Of a DNA stretch of 64,000 nt, positions 51,420 to 64,000 are shown piece by piece; within the stretch, counting starts at the first letter, position 1, and each line of letters begins with the position of its first letter. A program made the position numbers and the translations under genes. A model generated the notes under the pieces. The model had not been told where the DNA came from. It did no database searches and saw nothing but the letters and a program-made list of their open reading frames with translations. Source of the stretch: Mobula hypostoma (lineage: Eukaryota); the NCBI RefSeq assembly GCF_963921235.1, contig NC_086097.1, positions 163,186,001 through 163,250,000 of the forward strand. The letters run 5' to 3'.

Positions 51420-54042
51420 TCTCAATTTGTTTTTAGTTGACTATCACAGGAAATGTGGCATGCAAATGGTGGATGGATCGCCAATCAGGTTGTAGTTGTC
51501 TCGGCCAGTCATGATCCCACAATGCTTGTTGGTTGTTGTATTTCATTGTTATGAATGTCATTCCCACCGGAGAAATCTTTTCTCCGGTATAAGTTCTTAT
51601 TTGGATATCTGCAGGCTTCAGTTTACCACCTTTGAAATGCTGTTCATACTCATTTTGTAGAATGACTAAAATGGCCGAGCCAGTGTCCAATTCCATTTTA
51701 ATTAATTTGATGTTCACTTCTGGTGCAAGCCATATTTCTTGTCTCTTGTTAGTTGCCACATTGTAAACCTTAACTCTACCCAGTTCTGTGTCACTTTCAT
51801 TATCTGATTTTTCATCAACAGTGTGCAATTTAGTGCTCTCTTTGAAAATGCAGTTTGACTTTTTGTCTTTTTCTCTCCCCTGTGCAGTCCATTTATTTTT
51901 GTCTGTCTGACATACTCTTTGCATGTGTCCTACTTTGATGTATTTTCTGCAAGTTTCTCCTTTAAACCTGCATTGTTGTGGTATATGTGAGCCCCTGCCA
52001 CAACGGTAGCACATTTTGTTTGGCTGGACTGCTTTCTGTTCAGACATTGCAAATCTTTTCATTCTCACTGACTTTAACTTAATTGTGTCTCTGTCAGCTG
52101 TTTCCATTGATACAGCTATTCAATTGCTTTTTAAAATATAACTTGTGCTTTATTTAGGAGTCATTTTTGAATTTTTCTTGTACGATTCCACAAACTAAAC
52201 AATTTCTCAGTGTGTTACTGAGCTCACTACTGAAATAACAATCCTCAGGCAACTTCCTCAATTCAGCCACGTACGCTGAAATGGACTTCATTTCCTTTTG
52301 ATTCCACTTATGAAACCAAAAGCATTTTCCAATCAACAATGGCTTCAGTTCTAAATGTTCCTGCATTACTTTCATGAAATCAGCAAAGTGCATTATGGCT
52401 GGTTCGGTTGCAGCAGCCAAACTTCTAAGCAAACTGTATGCCTTTCATCCCAATACATTCTGCAAAATTGGCACATGCTCTTCATTGGTTATTTAATTTT
52501 CTTTAAAATACTCCTTGATCCGCTCAGTGTACAATATCTGGTTATCTGTTGTGTAAGCCATTTCTGCTCTTTTTTATGATTATTATCACCCGTTATTCAC
52601 TGTTTATAAACCCATAAATTTGTCTGTTTTCTGTCTTTTTTAAAACTTGACCATGTTTGTCATTTCTGAAGAACACATGCTGTGCTGTTTTTTTTTTACT
52701 TGACTATTTCTTGCTGCACTTTTTTTAAACTCGAATATTTCACTGTGGTTCAACAGGTAGGTAGTCGCCTCAGGTTCTTCCAACACTTCCTTGTCGGCAC
52801 TGTTATGTCTTGTGACTCCAAAACATAAAACTATTTCAAAGAAAACACAGAGCCAGGAATAACATGTGTATTCTAGCTTCATTTTTACTTTTTATTTATT
52901 TAAACACATAACACAAGGGAGTAAAAATCTTCGCATTCTGACTCAGTTGCAGTGTACAGACATGTGAATTTATAGGTCTAATGCCTTGTAGGAAGAAGCT
53001 GTTGGTCCTGGCTTTAATGCTGCAGTACTGTTTGCCAGAGGGAAGCAGCTGAAACAGTTTATGGTTGGGGTGACTGGTGTCCCTGATGAACTTCCAGCCC
53101 TTCTTTATGCACCTGCTGCTGAAAATGCCCTCAATGGAGGGAAGTTCATATCCACAGATGCACTGGGTTGTCTGTACCACTCTCTGCAGTGCCCAGCGGT
53201 CAAGATTGGTGCAGTTCCCGTAGCAGGTGGTGATACAGTCAGTCAGGATACTAACAATGGTGCCCTTGTAGAGGGTCTTGAGGATTTGGGGGCTCATGTC
53301 AAACATCTTTAGTTGCCTGAGGTGGAAGAGATGGTCTTGTGCTCTTTTTTTGCCACACAGTTGGTGTGTACAGTCCAGGTGAGATCTTCGGTGATCTGTA
53401 TACCAAGGAGCTTGAAACTACTCACCCTCTCAACTGCAGACCATTGGTGTTGATCGGGGTGAGCCTGTCTCCATTCCTCCTGTCATCTGCAAATTTAATC
53501 AGCAGATTGGAGCTGTGTGTGGCAGCATGGACGTGGGTGTAAAGGGAATAGAGGAGGGGACTCAGGACACAACCCTGGGGGCGTACCTGTCAGAGGGGCA
53601 GAGATGAGGAAACCCATCATTACCACCTGTCGATGATCTGGTAGGAAGTCTAGGATCCAGCTACATGAAGTGGGGTGCAGGCCAAAGTTTCCTGTCAAGT
53701 CTGGAGGGAATTATGGTGTTGAATGCTGAACTGTAGTCCAGGAACAGCATTCTACTGTATGCATCTCTCTTCTCCACGTGAGTGAGGATGGTGTGTAGTG
53801 CCGTGGCAATGGTGTCATCAGTGGACCAGTTCTGTCAGTAGACAGATTGTAGGGGGTCCAGTGTGGGTGGTAGCATGCTGCAGATGCGAGACTTGAGTGC
53901 AAGACGCATTGGTGTGATAATGTATGCCATTCACAAACTTTGTACATATAAACGTAATGAATTATTTAAACAACAAAAATGCTTAATCAAATATATATTT
54001 ACAATCTTACTCAAATATTATAGAATTGTTAAGTATACAACA
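51420..54042 (-). mobile_element. Gypsy LTR retrotransposon 5' part: LTR (52801-54042, split by Rex1), PBS, gag and protease
   Basis: Zinc knuckle CYRCGRGSH...C; protease MELDTGS; IRTYTGE; PBS-like GTGCCGACAAGG (cf. TGGCGACGAG) next to the LTR. Confidence 0.85.
52891..53887 (-). mobile_element. Rex1/Babar LINE inserted in the Gypsy LTR
   Basis: [51 protein letters not shown]; (TAAA)n tail. Confidence 0.88.
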
Positions 54043-55029
54043 GTTATTTCTGGAGGAACTCAATGGCTCAGGTAGCATTAATGGAGGGAAATGGACAGTT
54101 GGCTCATCTGTACTATTAAGTGAGTCAATTCAAAATAATTTGCAGCTTTTTGTGTCTCTTCTCTGTCAACATGTTGATCATGCTGTAAAGCACTGGTGCC
54201 TTTTCCAACACATGCAAGCCTCACCCTTATCATTTGTGATCTCGTCAAATGACTTTATTGAAAATTACTTTTCAATTTGGCTATCAGGGACCCAGATGTT
54301 AAAGGGTTTTGCAACAGCAGCCATGCTTGCTTATAAACCAACCTTTTGTTGACCTCTAACTCGCTGACTTGTTTAAAAATAGCTGGAAATTAGCAGCCGT
54401 CTGCTTCCTTAGTGAAAACTGTATTCTTCATATAAAGCCTTTGATTGCTTCCAATCCTTTTGACCTTTTGGAATATCATACCTAACCACAAAAATCTATC
54501 CTCCAGGATAGATCAGTGGATAAAAATCCAAGATGAGAGTTCCAGTTGAGTTGTTTCCATCTACTGTAGGGGCCATTGAAATTATGGCACTAATAACAGT
54601 ATTTCCATTCAAACCCCAAATGAGATTCCCCAATTTAGCACAGAGTAAGTATACACCATGTGAGCTCCTGGGGGTTTTACAGACCACAAGTGAGGCAACA
54701 TTGTGATACTGACTGTTATTTGGGACACTAACCTTCCAAGCCAAGTCAGGTATTGGAAAAGCCATCACCTTTACATGACTATTAAACAAAAATGCTGTGG
54801 TGCCTTAGTGCTCACGGAAATACCCAAGTAAGTGTTTGTGAATACTGACCTGGTGAATTTTAAAACTAATTTAAAAAGTGTTCGTTATTCATTAGTTGAA
54901 AAGAGAGAATGTGCCTGAAGGGTTTTTGATCTTTGTTTAAAGGTGAAATATTTAAGGGTAACATGAGGAGAAACTTCATCATTCAGAGAGTGGTGAGTGT
55001 GTGGAATGAGGTGCCAGCATTAGTGGTGA

Positions 55030-55806
55030 ATGTCAAAGAGCTGATTGTGGCCTTCAGAAAGCGTAAGATGAGGGAACACAAAGCAATCCTCATAGAGGGA
55101 TCAGAAGTGGAGGGAGTGAGAAATCTTAAGTTCCTGAGTGTCAAGATCTCTGAGGACCCAACCTGGACGCAGAATATTAACGCAGCTATAAAGAGGCAAG
55201 ACGGCGGCTATCTTTCATTCAGAGTCTGCGGAGATTTGGTTTCTCAACTAAAACACTCAAACTTCTACAAATGGACCATGGTGGGGGGGGGGGCGGTGGT
55301 ATTCTGAATGGCTGCACCACTGTCTGGTATGGGGATGGGGCTACTGCACAAGATTGAATTAAGTTAGAGAAACTTGTAAAATTAGTTAGCTCCATCATGG
55401 TTACTAGTCTCTGTAGTATCCAAAACACCAGCAAGGCCACCTGAGGAAGGTGGCATCCATTATTAAGGACCACCACCACCACCCAAGACATACCCACATC
55501 TCATTGTTCCATCAGGAAGGACTACAGAAGCCTGAAGGCACGCTATCAGTGATTCAGGAACAGCTTCTTCCCCTCTGCCATCCAATTCCTAAATGGACAT
55601 TGAACCCATGAACACTACCTCACTACTTCTTTATTTCTGTTTTTTTTTGCATGACTTATTTTAACTTTATTTAATAGAAATATATATTTACTGTAATTCA
55701 GCCTTTTCTCTATATTTATTTATCACATATTTGCTGTACTGCTGCTGTAAAGTTAACAAATTTCACGACATATACCAGTGATATTAAATCTGATTCTGAT
55801 TCTGAT
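55030..55806 (+). mobile_element. Rex1/Babar 3' fragment with (GATTCT)n tail, inside a CR1 3' end (~54935-55960)
   Basis: KELIVAFRK...GSEVEGV..LKFL; similar to the 9042-9908 copy. Confidence 0.85.
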
Positions 55807-56539
55807 TTTAACATTTAAGAGAAATTTGGATAAGTACATGGATGGGAGGCATATGGAGGGCTATAGTCCATCTTCAGGTTGATGGGACTAGGCAGATTAA
55901 TAGATCAGCACAGACTAGATGGGCCGAAGGGCCTGTTTTTGGTTGCAATACTCTGTAACTCTAAAAGAACACCGTAGATTCATTGTTATCCTTTATGGGA
56001 TGATGTTGTCCTGGTTCCTAATTAACTCCAATCCCACAATACATTGCTTGACCTTAGTAACAACTTATGTCTGTACTATTAAATAAGAATAAATATAAAT
56101 TCATTTGTAACAACGTGACGAAGTTTTTGTCTGAAAATCATCAGCACATAATAGCAAATGTTTTAGAAGAAGACAATGCTGACCAATCATTATCTTTAAT
56201 CCTGAATAGAGGAGCAAAGCTGTCAATGGAAAAACAGGTTATAGGCACAAAATGACCTCCATAGTCTCTGCTTGTCTTTTTGTAGAATTTTAATGCATAA
56301 GAAAAGGTCAAAAAAGGACACATATAATTCCTAGATCTAGGGTTACAAAGTAAAAAGAGAGAGAAGAAAATTGTGGAGTTAACCAATTTCATTAGAGTTA
56401 TATTGATGGAAAGGAACGCATGTAAGATCTCAAATGATCGATAGTGATGAAGATTGAGGATGATTTGTTTTCATTCCTCTGTGTGTACAAAGGTTGATGC
56501 TGAGGCTGAGCTGGGAACATCTTTCCACAGATGGAGCAG

Positions 56540-56900
56540 GGAATGGCTGATGACGACTAATTTGTGAGGTGCTTCATTCCCTCTCCACTTATGCAGGGAT
56601 TTTGCAAGATTCTGGTGTGTGGCCTCAAAAGTATCCTGACTGCTCCTCCTGCCCTTTGGGAAGTCACAGCTAGAGTTTCCCAGTAGTCAGTGGAGATGTT
56701 GTGCTCTCTCCAATGTAGCATTGAACCCTTGAATGTTTTCCTCTGTCCTTCTGATAATCTTCCATGACAGACGTAGAAATGGAATGTCTTACTTAAGAGT
56801 CTAGTGTCAGGTATGAGCATGATGGGCTGCTTAACAGGGCAGACTATGATTAACTAGGACCTTAATGCTGGGGATGTTGGCCAGACAGAGCCTGTTATTG
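56540..56900 (-). mobile_element. RTE-type LINE C-terminal fragment, old
   Basis: PDTRL..K.F...G....GQRKTFK...I....WETLA pattern. Confidence 0.55.
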
Positions 56901-58139
56901 CTGCTTTTCTTATCCTTACAGTGAGATAGTACTGCACAGATTCTAAACTCAAACAAAGATCTTAAGCCCTATTGAATATAAATAGCTATGAATACTGTAA
57001 CTACCCAATCTTCAAAGACTAGTTTACTTCCCTGTTACTTCTTCACTGTGGGTCTTAGCCACCAATACCCACCATATGAGTGGTGGGTCCCCTCTCCCTT
57101 CTATGGAGAAGATATTTCCAACTAACAACATAGTTTAAAACACATTTAATTTATTTACAGTGATACATGTTTGAATCCACACATTCTTAAAACACATTTA
57201 AACCTCCAGAGGATTTCTATCTTAAGTTTATTTCACAATTATAAACCATTTTTAATGCACAAAGCATTTCTTAAACTCAAAGGATTTTCAAAACACAGGT
57301 ACAATTCCTATAAACTAAAATGACATACTATACTGCAAACAAGCAAGACATTGGTCACAGAAACTGAAACTAGAGCAAAGGATTCTATTCTCCCCATCTT
57401 TCTATTACTCTTCTTTATGTTCTTCAACCACTCCTGATAAGCCTGAAGTGCTTTCTCCATTTTTACCCTTTTTCTACGACTTGGGTGACTTCACATTTAT
57501 ATGTTATTTCCTCAGGTGTCCTTTCAACACAAATAGTTTCAAAGCATTTTGGAGATGTAGTTCTTCAGCTACCTACCATTAATGCTGTAAAGCTGTGAAG
57601 CAACTTCCTTGAGCACATAAAACCTTCCAACTGTAAAACACATCATAGTTATTGATATGTTAAATAATGTTATCTATCTGTTCTACAAGCTTCCATGAAC
57701 CAGGCAACTTAAGAGTCAGCTTGTCTGTTTGCAACAACCCTAATTAAACAACCCCTTGTCTTATATGGCGCCTTGAGCAGTAATAAAGCAGTTGTAGTGA
57801 GCTAAATGTTACTTCTCCCATACAGAATGTCTACTATCCAGAAAGCTTGTTTGCCAAGCTGGTCTTTAGACAATACTTGTTTAGAAAACAAGATCAGCAA
57901 ACAACCAAGAAGGAGAAAGATGGCTGCTGGCCAGGATGTGAATATCCATCACAACAGTGAATACAGTACATAAGATTTTGCAGAGACAGCTTTGGTAGTA
58001 CTTTTCCAGCGCTTTGCCATGATTTTACATGATTTTAGGTCATCCATGCCCACAGAAGCACAGAAGAAGGCAGGGATTATTACTGACAGGCAGAGCATGA
58101 GTTCCATAGAAGATCCAAGGTTTGATGTTTCTGAGCCTA

Positions 58140-58533
58140 TACCTGCTGGAGTTTACATGAATGGTGGGTGGGGGAGGAGGGATATCTCATTGAAACCAGC
58201 CAAAGTTTGAAAAGTTTAGAATGGATGTGGAGAGGATTTTCCAATAGTGGAAGAGTCTAGGACTGAAGGGCACAAACTTTAGAACAGAGATGAGGAGGAC
58301 TTTCTTTACCAGAGAGTCATGAATCTGAGGAATTTAATGCCACAAACAGCTATGGAGGCCAAGTCATTGGATATATTCAAAGCAGAGGTTGATAGGACCT
58401 TGATTAATAAGGATATCAAAGGTTATTGGAGAGAATGAGGCTGAAAGGGACAATAAATCAGCCACTATCAATGGCAGAGCAGACTCAACAGGTCACAAGT
58501 TCTAATTCCTCTCCTATGTTTTATGGTCTTATG
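58140..58533 (+). mobile_element. CR1 3' end
   Basis: GATCTCATTGAAACC-like motif, GGAGGCCAAGTCATTGG, tail TTATGGTCTTATG. Confidence 0.8.
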
Positions 58534-59611
58534 TTCTTGATCTTCAAACATCCTTTTTCCTCAATTCACCAAAGGTTGTGATGGCACCTTGAAAGTAATG
58601 GCAAATTTCATCAATGTCTGGTTTTGCCAAGAGATGGCTCTGGAGATATGGAAAGTAGTCCAAATTTTCTAGGACCTTGTTGTGAACTTTGTTTCAATTG
58701 TCTTGATTAAGGATTGTCATAGAGATGTGTCCTCTAAGGAGTTTCGTCAGCAAAGGGCTGCATTCCAATACTGGTTTCAAAAGAGGTCAAATTCATGATA
58801 GTTGCAATCTGGTGATTTTTTTTCCATATAAATAACAATTTATGAAAATCTCCATGGAAATAATTGTTAGGGAATAGTTTCATAAAAATTGATGAAGTAT
58901 TTTGTCTCGTCTCCAACATCCCCATGAAATCACATAAGTCATGTCAAAAGACTCGCTTGAATGAATCACATGACAACTGTCAGAAATCCACTATTCTCAA
59001 ATCGAATGAAAACAGCTTTTAATATAGCGGGTGCTTCATGATTAATTGCAATATTTTTTCCTTGTATAATTGTTGTGCCTAACTAGCTAATTTTTGCAAC
59101 TAATGAGTCATGACTATTTTAATCCACTATACTGTAGCTCATCATCAATCAGAAAGTTGCATTTTATATCCTGTTCCTCCTACCAACATTGTCAGCTTAC
59201 TGGATAAAGTTACAATTATATTTTCTTCAACAAAATACTGATCCAGTGAATCTCTGGAAGGTTATAGTTAACTGAAATATTTAATATGAAGAAAAAGTAC
59301 TTGTTTTTTTGTGTATTAAAGAATGATGAGAAAAATGTTGAGGTTCAGAAGATCTAACCGGATGATTTTAGTAAACAAAAGAGCAATCCCACTCGGTTGA
59401 ATGTTGCATTTATTATAAAAATATAACATTCCTTCCTTTGGATCCCAAAAAATGATGAGGTATCATGCTGTTACTGAGATGTGACAGTGACCTGAAAATA
59501 ACATGAATTTGCAATCGTGAATTCATTTGCATTCTGCCCCTTAACAATACCATCCCCAACTGTGAATTAAGCTTCTACATGACTGTAGATGAGCAATGCT
59601 CTATTCATCTA

Positions 59612-59956
59612 CGAGGGGTGAATGATAAGTTCGTGGCCCAAGGTAGGAGTCAATTTTAGAAAACCTAACACATTTATTTTTCAACATAGTCCCCTCCTAC
59701 ATTTACACACTTAGTCCAGCGGTCGTGGAGCATACGGATCTTGGACCTCCAGAAAGTGTCCACAGGAGGGGTGATTGAAATGTTCGTGGCCTAAGATAGA
59801 AGGAGATGTGTTATACGGCTCTTGTTACATGCACATGCAGTTCAACACTTTGAGTGATTATGCAGAAAGTTTGAAGTTAATAACTCATCAGGGGTGATTG
59901 ATAGGTTCATGGCCGAAGGTAGAAGGAGATGAGTTATTAACTTCAATCACCCCTTG
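59612..59956. mobile_element. Mariner-type MITE (irritans/Hsmar2-like ends) with three internal copies of the left end
   Basis: TA|CGAGGGGTGAATGA...TCAATCACCCCTTG|TA; AGGGGTGATTGA...GTTCxTGGCCxAAG repeated at ~59612, ~59766 and ~59889. Confidence 0.75.
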
Positions 59957-60429
59957 TACCACTTCACACAGGTACATTCTTTGAATTTACAGGTCTCACA
60001 CAATCTCCCTGCTCTTATTTTCATGGTGAGCAGAGAAAATAATTTCATGCACACTTCTGTCACCTTCATAATCTGTTCTGCTGCCTTTAATGACCTGTAG
60101 ACATACACTCTCCATGCCATGCAATATCCTCCCATTTACTATATATTGCTTTGCTTTATTGGATCTGTATATTGGAATATAAAATCACGTGGGGCAAAGT
60201 TAAGGTGAATGGTCAGTCTTTTTCTCCTGGTAGAGGAGTATAAAACTACAGGGATCTTAAAGGCAATGCTTTCCACACAGGGGGTGAATTTATATATGGA
60301 ACGAGTCACTAGAGGAGTTGTAGAGGAAGCAGGTATATTACAATGTTTAAAAGACATTTGGACAAATGCACAGAGAGAGAAAGCTTTAGAGGGGTATGGG
60401 CCACACACGGGCAGATGGGACTTACTCGA

Positions 60430-63056
60430 GGCATGGCTGCGCAGGCGCGTGGACGTCAACGAGTCAGACTGGTGGGAAGAATTTGAAAGGAGTGCATGTT
60501 TTTCTTCAGCGGTTTGATCGAGGGACGACTGCGCAGGCGTGTGGATGTCAGTGAGTTAGACCAGCGGGAAGAATTTAAAAAGAAGACAGCTTTATAGAGT
60601 GGGCACAGGAGTAGTGGGAGGGCTTTGGCTCCACGGGGCCTCAGCGATAACAGGTCAAGGCGAGGTAAGTTACTTGAAGAGGAATAGGAAGTACATCCAC
60701 GAGGCTGGTGCTTTGTACTGCGTGTCAGACGTGGGATGTCTGGGAGACTCCCAGCCTCCCGGATGGCCACATCTCCACCAGGGGCGTTGAGCTTCAGCTC
60801 CTTAGGGACCGAGTTAGGGAACTGGAGATGCAGCTTGATGACCTTCATCTGGTCAGGGAAAGTGAGGAGGTGATAGAGAGGAGCTATAGGCAGGTGGTCA
60901 AACCAGAGCCTTGGGAGACAGATAAGTGAGTAACATGTCAGGAGAGGGAAGGGCAAGAGTCAGATACTAGAGAGTACCCCAGTAGCTGCCCCCCTTTACA
61001 ACAAGTACTCCTGTTTGAGTACTGTTGGGGATGACGACCTGCCTGGGGGAAGCAACAGTGGCCACGCCTCTTGCACAGGGTCTGGCCCTGTGGCTCAGAA
61101 GGGTAGGGAAAGGAAGAGGATGGCAGCAGTGATAGGGGACTCTATAGTTAGGGGGTCAGACAGGAGATTCTGTGGATGCAGGAAAGAAACACCGATGGTA
61201 GTTTGCCTCCCAGGTGCCAGAGTCCGGGATGTTTCTGATTGCATCCATGATATCCTGAAGTGGGAAGGAGAACAGTCAGAGGTCGTGGTACATATTGGTA
61301 CCAACAACATAGGTAGGAAAACGGAGGAGGTCCTGAAAACAGACTGTAGGGAGTTAGGAAGGAAGTTGAGAAGCAGGACCTCAAAGGTGATAATCTCGGG
61401 ATTACTGCCTGTGCCACATGACAGTGAGTATAGGAATAGAGTGAGGTGGAGGATAAATGCATGGCTGAGGGACTGGAGCAGGGGCAGGGATTCAGATTTC
61501 TGGATTATTGGGATCTCTTTTGGGGCAGGTGTGACCTGTACAAAAAGGACGGGTTGCACTTGAATCTGAGGGGGACCAATATCCTGGCAGGGAGGTTTGC
61601 TATTAGAGAGAGTTTAAATTAGAATTGCTGGGGAGTGGGAACCGAACTGAAGAGATGGAGGAAGGGGCGGTTGGCTCATAAATCGAGAAATCTTGTAGAC
61701 TGTGTGAGAGGGATGATAGACAGGTGATAGAGAAGGGGTGCATTCGGACTGGTGGTTTGAGATGTGTACTTTAATGCAAGAAGCATCTTGAACAAAGTGG
61801 ATGAGCTTAGAGCATGGATCAGTACTTGGAGCTATGATGTTGTGGCCATTACAGAGTCTTGAATGGCTCAGGGGAAGGAATGGCTACTTAGAGCGTCAGG
61901 CTTTACATGTTTCAGAAAAGACAGGGAAGGAGACAAAAGAGGTAGGACCGGGGCACTGTTGATCAGAGATAGTATCACGGCTGCAGAAAAGGAGGAAGTC
62001 ATGGAGAGATTGTCTACTGAGTCTCTGTGGGTGGAAGTTAGGAACAGGAAGGGGTCAATAACTCTACTGGGTGTTTTTTATAGACCACCCGATAGTAACA
62101 GGGACACCGAGGAGGAGACAGGGAGACAGATTCTGGAATGGTGCAATAATAACAGGGTTGTTGTGATGGGAGATTTTAATTTCCCCAATATTGATTGCTA
62201 TCTCCCCAGAGCAAGGGGTTTAGATGGGGTGGACTTTATTAGGTGTGTTCAGGAAGGTTTTCTGACACAGTATGTAGATAAGCCTGCAAGAGGAAGTGGA
62301 TGAGGAATTGGAAGGATGGGTTAGTAAATTTGCTGATGACACCAAGGTTGGGGGCATTGTGGATAGTGTGGAGGGCTGTCAGAGGTTACAGCGGAACATT
62401 GATTAGATGCAAAACTGATTTGAGAAGTTGCGGATGGAGTTCAACCTACATAAGTGTGAGGTGGTTCATTTTGGTAGGTCAAATATGATGGCAGAATATA
62501 GTATGAATGGCAAGTCTCTTGGCAGTGTGGAGGATCAGAGAGATCTTGGAATCTGGATCCATAGAACACTCAAAGTTTCTGTGCAGGTTGACTCTGTGGT
62601 TAAGAAAGCATATGGTGCATTGGCCTTCATCAACTGTGGGATTTTCAAGAGCCAAGAGGTAATGTTACAACTATACAGGACCTTGGTCAGACCCCACTTG
62701 GAGTACTGTGCTCAGTTCTGGTCACCTCACTATAGGAAGGATGTGGAAACTATAGAAAGGGTGCAGAGGAGATTTACAAGGGTGTTGTCTGGGTTGGGGA
62801 GCATGCCTTTTGAGAATAGGTTGAGTGAACTTGGCCTTTTCTCTTTGGAGTGATGGAGAATGAGAGGTGTATAGAGCTGTATAAGATGATAAGAGGCACT
62901 GATCGTGTGGATAGTCAGAAGCTTTTTTCCTAGGGCTGAAGTGGCTGACACGAGAGAGCTGTTTTAAGGTGCTTGGAAGAAAGTACAGAAGAGATGTCAG
63001 GGGTAAGTTTTTTATGCAGAGAGTGGTGAGTGGGTGGAACGGGCTGCCTGCGATGG
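60430..63056 (+). mobile_element. CR1 LINE retaining 5' UTR, ORF1 (zinc finger/leucine zipper plus SGNH esterase) and an internally deleted ORF2
   Basis: CTAC and VELQLLRDRVRELEMQLDDL; IGDSIVRG and HIGTNNI; endonuclease YFNARS, AITE and GDFNFP; jumps at ~62296 to KFADDTK; RPHLEYCAQFWSP. Confidence 0.92.
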
Positions 63057-64000
63057 TGTCATGGTCCGGTCCGTGAAGTCTGCATTCTGGTTCACGGTTC
63101 GGTCAGTGGACTCAAGACTCCGGGTCTTCCAGCTGTCCCTCGTTTGATTGAGTTAAGTATAGGCACCTGATTCCCATCTTGCAGCTTTGAACATAAGTAG
63201 CCTTGGGATTAAGTGTGGGCTGCTGAGGCATTGTGCATTAAACAAAACATTGAAAATGATAGGGAAACACCAGACAGGATTGTGTGAGGAATGTCAGGAA
63301 GAGGAGTCAGTAGAACATGTAGTTCTGAGTTGCAGGAAGTATGGGATACAGAGAGAGATGATGAGAAATAAATTAAGGGAGTTGGGGATGCAGGAATTCA
63401 CATTAAAAGGGTTGTTGGGCATGGGTGAGAGAGCACAAGTCCGGGTATTTTTAGCGTTTTTAAGGGGTACAGGGGTTTTTTATAGAATATGACGAATAAA
63501 CAGGAATAGGATACTAGGATGGTCAAAGATGGGAGGGTGAAGTGTAGGTTTGTATATATATATATGTGTGTGTGTGTGTGATTGGGTGAAGGGATTTAGA
63601 ATGTATGTCTAGTGCACATTCTGGAGCAGAGGGTGGCGGTAATGTACCATTAAGCTGGATGCCAACCGCCGTAAAACAAGATACAGACAGACAGTGTGGG
63701 CTGCTGGTTTGTCTTGTCAGTCCTCCTTGGGGCTACCTGCTGTTGGAAGGCTAGTGAAACTATTTGAGATCTTTAGGCCTGGTTGGAGGACTACTGCTTC
63801 ATGGAGCCTTGTTGCCACTTGTTGGAGTAGTCTTTGTGGTATGGATACAGCTGTTTCCTGGGCCAGCTGAGTGGCTGCTAGCCACTCTGAGCTAGGTAGG
63901 AAACTGGCTGTTTCTGTAGCCAGCTGAGGTTGCTGGCTGAACTGAGACTCGGAGCTTCCCTGGAGCAGGGATGGAACTGTCTGTTGTTCTTTTGTGTTTG
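63057..64000. mobile_element. Probable LTR-type element interrupting the CR1 3' end and running off the window
   Basis: Abrupt TGTCATGG start within CR1 sequence; non-coding; other end not visible. Confidence 0.45.
63226..63692 (+). mobile_element. I/Nimb-clade LINE 3' end
   Basis: GHCALN...GLCEECQEEESVEHVVLSCRKY (CCHC) ...FLRGTG; GGCGGT...ACCGCC 3' stem; 14-bp TSD AGTGTGGGCTGCTG at 63212-63225 and 63693-63706. Confidence 0.8.

Noticed and set aside
58740..59560. TE-free AT-rich stretch as a possible regulatory element
   Set aside because: No specific motif or structure can be supported without conservation data.
59612..59945. Spaced direct repeats resembling a CRISPR array
   Set aside because: Eukaryotic context, degenerate repeats with long unequal spacers, and explained as mariner ends.

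Overview
Repeat-dense vertebrate genomic DNA. The CR1, Rex1, Penelope and Tigger families present suggest a cartilaginous fish, probably a ray (inference). One clear host gene is present: an intact single-coding-exon LRRC30 orthologue (31224-32123, +). Most of the rest is nested, decayed transposable elements: CR1 and Rex1/Babar LINEs, Penelope-like elements (PLEs), an internally deleted HERO (RLE-type) element, RTE and I/Nimb fragments, a pol-less class III-like endogenous retrovirus that retains env, Gypsy remnants, solo LTRs, Tc1, Tigger/pogo and mariner DNA transposons, and SINEs. The most unusual signal is three independent ~225-240 bp palindromic insertions, each with a 13-14 bp target-site duplication (TSD). 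They are built from inverted PLE pseudo-LTRs carrying minimal type I hammerhead ribozyme motifs, and one copy has an intact core on both strands. All family assignments come from motifs recognised by eye. Boundaries are approximate unless a TSD is quoted.
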